In this document: piece by piece, positions 1 to 7,470 of the stretch | How the letters are laid out: each line of letters begins with the position of its first letter | Numbering within the stretch: the stretch's first letter is position 1 | Translations under genes and position numbers: made by a program | Assembly: GCA_045805065.1 (NCBI GenBank) | Contig: JBJMMA010000208.1 | Coordinates: 1 to 19,180, forward strand | DNA from: Bdellovibrionia bacterium | Lineage (GTDB): Bacteria; Bdellovibrionota; UBA1018 | DNA: 19,180 nucleotides | Direction: 5' to 3' | Notes under the pieces: model-generated | Told to the model about the DNA's origin: nothing | Seen by the model: the letters and a program-made list of their open reading frames with translations, nothing else | Database searches by the model: none

Positions 1-17
1 AATACTTTTAGTCCCAT
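1..17 (-). CDS. Probable start of a gene running off the left edge (MGLKV...), product unknown
   Basis: Minus strand reads AAGGA-ctttaag-ATG GGA CTA AAA GTA: an SD-like AAGGA 7 nt before an ATG at 17. Only 5 codons are visible. Confidence 0.35.
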
Positions 18-110
18 CTTAAAGTCCTTTTCCAATGACCTGTGTTCTTCAAGCGAGGTGCCAATAGATTTTTAGGCACAAATCAAACGAAAGCGCGTTC
101 AGGACTAAAG

Positions 111-131
111 GCTGTTGAAGCTTTTAACAGC
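111..131. promoter_or_regulatory. Inverted repeat GCTGTT-N9-AACAGC, candidate operator
   Basis: GCTGTTGAAGCTTTTAACAGC lies in the intergenic region upstream of the YcaQ-like gene. Confidence 0.3.
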
Positions 132-188
132 AACCGCTTCTGATGACATTGATTTAATCAAAAAAGTTTGAGCAAGATGACCTGGCTT

Positions 189-1370
189 ATGAAGTTTTCC
201 ATCGAAGAGGCCCGATGCAGGATCATCACTGCTCAAGGACTGGGTACAGATACCTTGCCTTTTGGGAGCGGTAAGGCGGGAGCAATCAAAGCTCTTGAGC
301 ATCTCTCGTATGTTCAGATTGATACGATCTCGGTTGTGGAGCGTGCGCATCACCACATCTTTCAGAGTCGCGTGAGTGACTACGAGCTTCAGCATCTTCA
401 TGAGTTGGTTGCCGTTGATCGCAGCGCTTTTGAATACTGGAGTCATGCGGCCTCCTATCTTCCGATGCGGGATTTCAGGTACTCGCTTCCCAGGAAGAGA
501 AAGTACGCCAATGGCGAGAACCACTGGTTTGTGCCAACCGCTGAGCATAAAAAGCAGCGAAAGATCATTTTAGATCGTCTGCGAGCAGAAGGGCCTCTTC
601 AATCGAAAGATTTTGAAAGACCAGCTGGATCCAAGAATGGCTGGTTTGAGCGCACGCCGGCTAAGCAAATGCTTGAGCAGCTTTTCAATGAAGGCGTGCT
701 CATGATCCGTGAGCGCAAAGGCTTTCAGAAAGTTTACGATCTCACGGAACGTGTTCTGCCTGCTCATGTGGATACAAGTTTTCCAAGTTCTTTGGAAATG
801 GGGATGTATCTTGTTCGCTCGGCCTTGCGCGCTCAAGCGCTCGCAAGTGCAGCGGAGATTGCCTATTTACGCGCTCCTGAACTGAAGGAGAGCGTCGGTC
901 TTGCGCTTAAAAAGATGCTCGCTTCGGGTGAAATCGCGCTTGTTGAAGTGGAAGGTCTTGAGAAAGATTACTTTGCTTTAACGAGCGAGATCGAAAAGCC
1001 CGCACAGGAAGTGAAGTCGGCTCGAGTTAAAATCCTTTCTCCATTTGATTCGATCGTAATCCAAAGAAAGCGTTTACAGGACTTCTTTGATTTCAATTAT
1101 CAAATCGAATGCTACGTTCCTCAGCCTAAACGTAAGTACGGGTATTTCACTTTGCCGCTCCTTTACCGAGGTGAGTTCGTGGGCCTGGTGGATCTAAAAG
1201 CACATCGCCCGCAAAAGAAACTTGAGGTCACTGCTTGCTTCTTGAGGGCTGAGGTTAAACAGGATGCAGAGTTCCTGGCTGAGTTGAAAGCAAGTCTCAA
1301 GAAGTTTGCTCTGTTCAATGGCTGCGAGAAAGTCAGCTTCTCAAAGCGCCCTTTGCTTTATAAGGCTTGA
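189..1370 (+). CDS. ycaQ: YcaQ/AlkZ-like (HTH_42) winged-helix DNA glycosylase for interstrand crosslink repair
   Basis: N-terminal 'SIEEARCRIITAQGL', catalytic QxD motif (VQIDTISVVERAHH), 'FEYWSHAASYLP', 'FQKVYDLTERVLP', 'ILSPFD', 'YQIECYVPQPKRKYGYFTLPLL'. Start taken as ATG 189; ATG 177 and TTG 168 are possible. Confidence 0.88.
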   Translation: MKFSIEEARCRIITAQGLGTDTLPFGSGKAGAIKALEHLSYVQIDTISVVERAHHHIFQSRVSDYELQHLHELVAVDRSAFEYWSHAASYLPMRDFRYSLPRKRKYANGENHWFVPTAEHKKQRKIILDRLRAEGPLQSKDFERPAGSKNGWFERTPAKQMLEQLFNEGVLMIRERKGFQKVYDLTERVLPAHVDTSFPSSLEMGMYLVRSALRAQALASAAEIAYLRAPELKESVGLALKKMLASGEIALVEVEGLEKDYFALTSEIEKPAQEVKSARVKILSPFDSIVIQRKRLQDFFDFNYQIECYVPQPKRKYGYFTLPLLYRGEFVGLVDLKAHRPQKKLEVTACFLRAEVKQDAEFLAELKASLKKFALFNGCEKVSFSKRPLLYKA

Positions 1371-1439
1371 GATAACTCAGACCGTCATACTCATGGCCCC
1401 TGTTTTGCTCTCCCTTCTGCGCCGCGGGGGGCTGACGCC

Positions 1440-2255
1440 ATGGGAAAGTTCATCAGCGTTTTAGTGTCGAGTTTTCTGGCCTGGACTTGCGCTCTGACAG
1501 CACATGCTGCTCCAAGCGTGAGTTCGACGGCAGTCGCAACGCCGTCACGCTCCGGTGGGCAGTTTTCAGACCCTGTGGGCATCGGAACCCTTTATCAAAA
1601 GGCGGATGGCAAAACGGATTATGCTGCCGTGGTTGAGGACGACCATCACTTTCGCCAGAGAGGGAAGTTCTTGGGCGTAACCCGATACGGCTTTGCTCAG
1701 TCCCGGCTTGAGATCGGATCTAGTACGGGAGTCAACCTTGCGGCGGTATCCGGAATCACGGTTTTTGGATTAGATGAGGGACAGTGGTTCTCGCCTCATG
1801 TGGGGATTGAGCCCTTCAGCTCGAGGCTGAGCTGGAACACGAGCGATGAGCGTGAAAGCTTTTATGAGTGGCTTCCGATGGTTTCCATTGGACCACAGTT
1901 CGCGACTGGCTCATGCCGCATCCTCCCTCTTGTCAAAGGAGGCGCTTCCGTCGGTAACCTCGGATATAGCGGTATTCGTCCACGTTTTGCGCGAGCTTAC
2001 GGTACTGGAGCGCATATGAACTGCTCTCAGTTCGATCTTGGGGCGGAGCTGATCCGATCCGACGCGAATCCAAGTCCCATTGACTCGGGAACTCTGGATG
2101 TGAGCTATCAGCCTGGCTTCACCGACTTGCGATTCGGTTTTCGAGGTGAAGCCATAATACATCGATCCGATCGGTCATCTCTCTTCAGCGATGCACCGAG
2201 CTCTCTCCGTCAAGAAAGACGCGTCTTATTCGTTATTCGGACGAAGCCGTTTTGA
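1440..2255 (+). CDS. Hypothetical exported protein, probably an outer-membrane beta-barrel (271 aa)
   Basis: Sec signal ending AHA, Gly/aromatic-rich alternating strands (e.g. LRFGFRGEA, FDLGAEL), C-terminal Phe. Confidence 0.6.
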   Translation: MGKFISVLVSSFLAWTCALTAHAAPSVSSTAVATPSRSGGQFSDPVGIGTLYQKADGKTDYAAVVEDDHHFRQRGKFLGVTRYGFAQSRLEIGSSTGVNLAAVSGITVFGLDEGQWFSPHVGIEPFSSRLSWNTSDERESFYEWLPMVSIGPQFATGSCRILPLVKGGASVGNLGYSGIRPRFARAYGTGAHMNCSQFDLGAELIRSDANPSPIDSGTLDVSYQPGFTDLRFGFRGEAIIHRSDRSSLFSDAPSSLRQERRVLFVIRTKPF

Positions 2256-2517
2256 CCGGTGCCTGTGCCTTGGTCGTACAGCAGTAGGTGTAGCCAATCT
2301 TGAGCGCAGGCTCCTGTGAAAAGGAGAATGGCTTGCTCAGATCACAATTTTCCACGAGCTTTGCCTTCAGCTCAGCAAGCGAAACCTCGCGAATGCGCTC
2401 GCAGCGAAAGTTGGAATCGCCATCTGCGTATGCATTTGGTGCGATGAGCCACAAAGTGCTCGCAAGTCCTAAAGTCAAAGCAGTAAACGACGCGGTTTGA
2501 AAGAATCGGCTTTTCAT
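2233..2517 (-). CDS. Small secreted protein with 4 Cys (94 aa)
   Basis: GGAG/GAGAG upstream of ATG 2517. Signal peptide MKSRFFQTASFTALTLGLASTLWLIAPNAYA, then a mature domain with C, C and CC. The longer ORF from 2772 overlaps the DUF3015 gene and is not believed. Confidence 0.65.
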   Translation of the reverse strand: MKSRFFQTASFTALTLGLASTLWLIAPNAYADGDSNFRCERIREVSLAELKAKLVENCDLSKPFSFSQEPALKIGYTYCCTTKAQAPVKTASSE

Positions 2518-2599
2518 CTCTCTTCTCTCCAGTTGCAACTTGCAAGATCGATGTTCCAAATCTACAGTTTCAAGCAAGCTGTATAGTTTTGAATACAAC

Positions 2600-2653
2600 G
2601 CGGCGCTGGGCGGAGTCCAGTGTCGTTTATCTATCGAGTCTCTATGGACTCGA
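2600..2653 (+). promoter_or_regulatory. Structured 5' leader of the DUF3015 operon (two hairpins)
   Basis: 2600-2626: GCGGCGCTGGGC-GGA-GTCCAGTGTCGT, 12 bp including 4 G.U pairs. 2634-2653: TCGAGTC-TCTATG-GACTCGA, perfect 7 bp. A -10-like TATAGT sits at 2582-2587. Confidence 0.45.
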
Positions 2654-2672
2654 GGGAGTAGAGGACAATCTA

Positions 2673-3152
2673 ATGAAACGTAAGCTAGCAGTATTAGTAA
2701 CAGGATGTTTAGCAGTTGCCACCGCAGGTCACGCCGCAAACTACGGAATGGCAGGATGCGGTCTTGGCGCAATGGCTTTCAAAGACCAACCAGGCCAGAT
2801 TCAAATCGTTGCAGCTACGGTGAACAACATCGTATCTCCACAAACGTCCGCGATCACTTCCGGCACGTCCAATTGCTATGAAGAAGATTCGCACGCTCAA
2901 GCATCCTTGTTCATCATGGTGAACGAAGTTGCTCTTCGCAAAGACATCTCCCGCGGTAACGGAGAAACGCTTGCAAGTCTTTCTCAAATTCTGAAGTGCT
3001 CCGACTCCAATAAGCTCGGCGCTCAGCTCCAGAAGAACTACCAGAACATCTTCCCAACGAACAATGTTCCGGCAGAAGACGTGTCTAAGTCCATCGACGC
3101 AACGATTCGTCAGGACTCTGACCTGGTCAAGAGCTGCGCAATCTACGGCTAA
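2673..3152 (+). CDS. DUF3015 family secreted protein (159 aa)
   Basis: GAGG SD before ATG 2673, signal peptide, family motifs YGMAGCGLG, AATVN, QTSAITSGTSNC, DISRGNGETL. Confidence 0.85.
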   Translation: MKRKLAVLVTGCLAVATAGHAANYGMAGCGLGAMAFKDQPGQIQIVAATVNNIVSPQTSAITSGTSNCYEEDSHAQASLFIMVNEVALRKDISRGNGETLASLSQILKCSDSNKLGAQLQKNYQNIFPTNNVPAEDVSKSIDATIRQDSDLVKSCAIYG

Positions 3153-3182
3153 TCAAAATAAAGTACATTGGAGATCGATTAC

Positions 3183-3779
3183 GTGAAAAACATCAATCTT
3201 ATCGTTACAGGTCTTACTCTGGCATTGTTCGTTTCGCTTAATGCCGGTGCTACTCAGCGCAAAGCCACGACCAAGGCTGCGCCAGCACAAACGCAAACTC
3301 AAGGCGCGGCACCAGCTCATACGTACGCACCAGCAAAGAAGGCGACTTCTTTCACTCGTGAGTACGGAATGGCAGGCTGTGGACTTGGCTCCATGGTTGT
3401 CGGCAAAAAAGGCGGACAAATCTTCGCTGCTACGACCAACGGCACCGCTTGGAACCAAACCTTCGCAATCACCGCTGGTACGTCCAATTGCGTGGACAGC
3501 CCAAACAGCGAAGTCGCTCAAAGAATGGACACCTTTATCGCTTCCAACAAGCTTGCTCTCGCAAGCGACATTGCTCGCGGAAACGGTGAAACCCTCGTCA
3601 ACATCTCGGGCATGATGGGCTGCGCTGACCAATCTGGAAAGATCAGCAAGGTGCTGCAAAGCAACTTCAACGAGATCTTCCCAAGCAGCAAGGTGTATCC
3701 AAACGAGATCACCGATTCGATCATCTCGACGGTTCTTAAGAACCAAGAGCTTTCTGCAAGCTGCAAAAAGATCGGCTGA
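3183..3779 (+). CDS. DUF3015 family secreted protein (198 aa), with a low-complexity N-terminal extension
   Basis: GGAG SD before GTG 3183, signal peptide, motifs YGMAGCGLG, AATTNGT, QTFAITAGTSNC, DIARGNGETL. Confidence 0.85.
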   Translation: MKNINLIVTGLTLALFVSLNAGATQRKATTKAAPAQTQTQGAAPAHTYAPAKKATSFTREYGMAGCGLGSMVVGKKGGQIFAATTNGTAWNQTFAITAGTSNCVDSPNSEVAQRMDTFIASNKLALASDIARGNGETLVNISGMMGCADQSGKISKVLQSNFNEIFPSSKVYPNEITDSIISTVLKNQELSASCKKIG

Positions 3780-3807
3780 TCGTAAAGTATAACTCAAAGC
3801 AGGATCT

Positions 3808-3851
3808 CCACTGCCTGTGGGAGGCTAACTCTCATAGGCAGTGGTTTTTTT
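3808..3851 (+). terminator. Rho-independent terminator after the DUF3015 pair
   Basis: CCACTGCCTGTGGGAG-GCTAA-CTCTCATAGGCAGTGG (16-bp stem, 2 G.U pairs) followed by T7. Confidence 0.85.
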
Positions 3852-5801
3852 ATGAAGCGAATCTTCTCTTACGCTCTTACCGTTTCCGCCGCGTTGGTTA
3901 ACCTTGGTCTTTTGTCCAAGGCTTACGCGCTTGATTCTGATTACGTTCAAAAAATAGTGGCCCAGGCGCAGAGCCGCCATCTTGCCTTTGATCCTCAATG
4001 GCTCCGGTTGGTTCACTATAGAAAGAGCCTGCTCGGAGGTTACACGAGCGAGATCGACGGCTCTTCCTTCTTTCTTTCTCCGGATGGCAAGGGCGATCCC
4101 GAGAAAGAGCTCTTAGCCACGATCTATGGAATTTTCCAAGAAGGAGAGCGGAGCTATCCCGCGCTCTATGGAACAAATCCAGAATCGCAGCACCCACGTT
4201 GCCAGTTGCCAGCGCGCTTTTTGTGGCTCCAAAAAACTCTTCAAATTGACCCCTCAAAACTTCCGGTCGCAGATTGCAGTCGCTACGAGAAGTTCAAAAC
4301 GGCATTGGCTGCCAAGTCCGTCTCAGTCGTCTTTTCGTCTTTTTATTTGAACAATCCTTCGTCAGCGTTTGGTCATTCATTTATCCGGATTAACAAAGCC
4401 GGTTTGGACGAAAAAGATCGAGATCGGTTTGAGCTTTTGGACTACGGCATCAGCTACGCTGCTGAAGCAACCACTGATAACAGCCTAGCCTACGCCGTCT
4501 ATGGACTTACCGGATTGTTCCGCGGAACGTATGCGAACGTGCCTTATTATTATAAAGTCCGGGAGTATAACGACTACGAGTCTCGCGATATCTGGTCTTA
4601 CGATCTTAATCTGACTTCAGACGAACTGCAGCTGCTTGCGGCCCATATGTGGGAAGTGGGCGCGACTTACTCAAAGTATTTCTATCTCAAGAGAAATTGC
4701 TCATACGAAGTGCTCCGAGTGATTGAAGCGGCGGCGCCTAGGCTTGAGCTCAGCCAATCGCTTTGGCTCTATGCGATTCCTTCCGATACAATTAAGCAGC
4801 TCACGAAAGTTCCGGGTCTGGTTGCAAACGTTCATTATCGCCCTTCAGCGAGGTCTTTGTTTAGCCGACGACTGGCGGACCTAAACGACAGCGAGAAAGA
4901 TGCTCTCTACCCACTCTTTCAAACAGACGCTGGGCTCGAGCATTTGCAAACGCTCTCGGCCGAGTCCAAGGCTCGAGTCTTGGATGCAGCACTTGACTAT
5001 GTGGACTATAAACACCCTGAAAACCTGGTGAAGCCTGATACTCCGAGCGCGCAGTGGAGACAAAAGCTTCTGGTCGCGAGAGCGGGAACCGCTGTAACAA
5101 CATCTCCGCCGGATATTCATCCTACAGACGACGAGAAGCCTCAGCTGGGGCATGGCTCCGGGCGCATTGGACTGGAGACCGGTCATGAGAGCGGCGTAAG
5201 CAATTTTACTCAGCTGAATCTTCGATTTGCGCTCCATGATCTCATGGATCCATCGACGGGATATCCGAGGAACTCGCAAATCGAGTTTGCAAATCTTCAG
5301 CTGCGGCAGAGCTGGGCCTCGCGCGGTTTTGAGATGGAGAGTTTTACAATGGTCCGAGTGACCTCCATCAACCCTGTGGCAAAATGGAATCATGGCACCT
5401 CCTGGCGCGTTGAGTTTGGCGCGCGCAGAATCCGCGATCAAAACTGTGACCGCTGCTTGGCAGGAGATGTTGAAGTTGGCTTTGGATATGCTGCCGCCTT
5501 GCTCGATGGTTTGACCGGATTTGCTCTGGCTGATGGAGAATTTGATTATTCTCCAGGCTTTTACCTATCGAATGCACGGGTGGGAGCAGGACCTCGAGCA
5601 GGCTTCGTGCTAGGTAAGGGGCGACTTACTGGTTTGCTGCAGGGCGCATATCACTATTTGGGCTTTTCACTCGAAAAAAGCGCACCTCAAGCGACAGGCG
5701 AACTCCGTTGGAGCATTTCAAAAGAATCTGCGATATTTATCCGAAGTGCGGCTTATCGCTCGTCGCATGAAGGAGCAATCGGTGGGTTCTTATACTTCTA
5801 A
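3852..5801 (+). CDS. DUF4105 (Lnb N-terminal domain-like) protein with probable C-terminal outer-membrane beta-barrel (649 aa)
   Basis: Signal peptide (AYA). Motifs 'WLRLVHY', 'FFLSPDGKGDPEKEL', 'CQLPARFLWL', 'NNPSSAFGHSFIRI' (His175), 'KVREYNDYESRDIWSYDLNL', 'YFYLKRNCS' (Cys283), 'RFALHDLMDPSTGY'. Amphipathic strands end in GGFLYF. Confidence 0.85.
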   Translation: MKRIFSYALTVSAALVNLGLLSKAYALDSDYVQKIVAQAQSRHLAFDPQWLRLVHYRKSLLGGYTSEIDGSSFFLSPDGKGDPEKELLATIYGIFQEGERSYPALYGTNPESQHPRCQLPARFLWLQKTLQIDPSKLPVADCSRYEKFKTALAAKSVSVVFSSFYLNNPSSAFGHSFIRINKAGLDEKDRDRFELLDYGISYAAEATTDNSLAYAVYGLTGLFRGTYANVPYYYKVREYNDYESRDIWSYDLNLTSDELQLLAAHMWEVGATYSKYFYLKRNCSYEVLRVIEAAAPRLELSQSLWLYAIPSDTIKQLTKVPGLVANVHYRPSARSLFSRRLADLNDSEKDALYPLFQTDAGLEHLQTLSAESKARVLDAALDYVDYKHPENLVKPDTPSAQWRQKLLVARAGTAVTTSPPDIHPTDDEKPQLGHGSGRIGLETGHESGVSNFTQLNLRFALHDLMDPSTGYPRNSQIEFANLQLRQSWASRGFEMESFTMVRVTSINPVAKWNHGTSWRVEFGARRIRDQNCDRCLAGDVEVGFGYAAALLDGLTGFALADGEFDYSPGFYLSNARVGAGPRAGFVLGKGRLTGLLQGAYHYLGFSLEKSAPQATGELRWSISKESAIFIRSAAYRSSHEGAIGGFLYF

Positions 5802-6669
5802 ACTGAGAAGGATTTTAGCTGCAGGAGCTTTTGTTGCCGCAGCTGGAACGCTAAGTGGATGTTCGAGCCTTGCTTATCAACCGACAGACACTATTTACGC
5901 CGATCCCTCACGCGCCAATGTAAAATTTGAGAGCCTCGACTTTCAGTCTCGAGATGGAACGCGTCTCCATGGTTGGTTTTTTCCGGCCTCATCAGAGTGG
6001 AAGGGGCCTGCCAAGGGAACGATTATTCAGTTTCATGGCAACGCTGAGAACATGACCTCGCACTTTGCTTCTTTGTTCTGGGTCATTGATGCCGGCTACA
6101 ATTTTTTCACCTTTGATTATCGGGGATACGGCGGATCCGACGGAAGCCCGAATCAAAAAGGCGTGAATGACGATGCGTATGCCGCGGTAGACTTTATCTC
6201 AAAAAAGATCCCGCGAACAGGCTCCCGAAAAGACATCGTCTTGTATGGCCAGAGCCTGGGCGGCGGGGTTTTGATGCGTGCCTATCGGGATATCCGCGCG
6301 CAGGAGGCGCTCCACGATCGAGTGCGTGCCATGGTCATTGAGAGTTCTTTCTATTCTTACAAGACGACCGGTCGAAGTTTTCTTGCGCGCACGTGGTTTA
6401 CGTTTTTGTTTCAGCCATTAGCCTACGTCTTGGTGTCAGACGAATACAGTCCCGAAGATGACATTCCGAACATATCGCCTACTCCTCTTTTGGTCATCCA
6501 TGGGGATGAAGATCCTGTCATGCCGTTCTCATTTGGACAAAAGATCTTTGAGAAAGCAAAAGAGCCTAAGACCTTCTGGAAGATCGAGCATGGTCATCAC
6601 ATCGATGCCATGAGACGCCAAAACGGGATATACCGCGAAAAGCTGATATCCTTTTTAGATGAGCTATAG
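5782..6669 (+). CDS. Lipoprotein alpha/beta hydrolase (YfhR/Bem46-like, 295 aa)
   Basis: AAGGAG SD before GTG 5782, lipobox LSG-C27, oxyanion FHGNAEN, 'FDYRGYGGSDG', nucleophile GQSLGG, 'HGDEDPV' Asp, 'GHHID' His. Overlaps the DUF4105 gene end by 20 nt. Confidence 0.9.
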   Translation: MGSYTSKLRRILAAGAFVAAAGTLSGCSSLAYQPTDTIYADPSRANVKFESLDFQSRDGTRLHGWFFPASSEWKGPAKGTIIQFHGNAENMTSHFASLFWVIDAGYNFFTFDYRGYGGSDGSPNQKGVNDDAYAAVDFISKKIPRTGSRKDIVLYGQSLGGGVLMRAYRDIRAQEALHDRVRAMVIESSFYSYKTTGRSFLARTWFTFLFQPLAYVLVSDEYSPEDDIPNISPTPLLVIHGDEDPVMPFSFGQKIFEKAKEPKTFWKIEHGHHIDAMRRQNGIYREKLISFLDEL

Positions 6670-7470
6670 GCGCCGTTTTAAAAAATTAAAATCGACCGTG
6701 AGCGGAGAGATTGAGCGATCAGGATGAAATGTCCTTTCGCTGTATTCAATTTCACCGTCAGGCTTCATCAAGAGTAGAGTCGAGCAGCGGGTTCCGTATC
6801 CCGGAAGGGTAATGAATATCGATGAGAGGGCGCGCTCTTTTTCGAGTCCCACACCTGTCTCGGGTAACTCTTCGTCAGGAGCAGGTGTTGGATCTGCCAG
6901 TGTTTGAAAGAGCTTCTCTTTCAGTTCTTGATCCCTCTTTTCTTCCAAAGCTTTCTTAAGACCCGTCCGCGCACGAACCACCTTGGGCCATGGCGTTTCA
7001 AAGAGGTGATTGCTCATGCCATAAAGACCCGGGTTAATTTGTTGAATTTCAGATCCCTTCACCTGATTGCCACGGGATGAGAAACTGAAAATACCATCGG
7101 GCGATCCGGCCAGCAGATTGAAGTCGTTGTAATCGCCAGCATGCGCGCGCATCGATTCCAGGTACTCACGCGCGGATACTCCTGAACTTAAAAAGTCACT
7201 GACAAGCAACCCACGTGATTTAACATTCGTACGGATGCGAGAAGGATCGCGATAGTTAGTCAAAAGCGCAAAGCGCCCATCACGCGCGACACCCATCCAC
7301 GTGCCACCTGCTTGAATGTCCCGGCCCGCTAAAACGCCCGGAGTATCTTTCCAAAAATGCGCAGGCTCCGCGGGGCGATTAAAAAACTCATCACGATTGG
7401 CGATCAGAACAAGATCAAATCCCGAATTAATGACAAGATCGGTGCGATAGGCAAATGCCACCAAGCACAT
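6664..7470 (-). CDS. NRDE/TANGO2 family protein
   Basis: N-terminal MC, 'ANRDEFFNRP', 'GRDIQAGGTWMG', 'SRGLLV', 'SN..FETPWPK', 'YGTRCST'. Confidence 0.93.
   Translation of the reverse strand: MCLVAFAYRTDLVINSGFDLVLIANRDEFFNRPAEPAHFWKDTPGVLAGRDIQAGGTWMGVARDGRFALLTNYRDPSRIRTNVKSRGLLVSDFLSSGVSAREYLESMRAHAGDYNDFNLLAGSPDGIFSFSSRGNQVKGSEIQQINPGLYGMSNHLFETPWPKVVRARTGLKKALEEKRDQELKEKLFQTLADPTPAPDEELPETGVGLEKERALSSIFITLPGYGTRCSTLLLMKPDGEIEYSERTFHPDRSISPLTVDFNFLKRRL

Noticed and set aside
2590..2672. Known riboswitch (e.g. c-di-GMP-I) in the DUF3015 leader
   Set aside because: I cannot see the conserved aptamer nucleotides; kept only as a generic structured leader.
2673..2708. Possible lipobox VTG-C in the first DUF3015 protein
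   Set aside because: Cys12 is too early, the hydrophobic stretch continues to an SPI-like AGHA site, and the paralogue has no such Cys.
3153..3797. 214-aa antisense ORF covering the second DUF3015 gene
   Set aside because: Shadow ORF in register with a codon-biased real gene; no motifs or SD. The same applies to 2709-2987, 11331-11963, 13090-13632, 14821-15276, 17349-17951 and similar ORFs.
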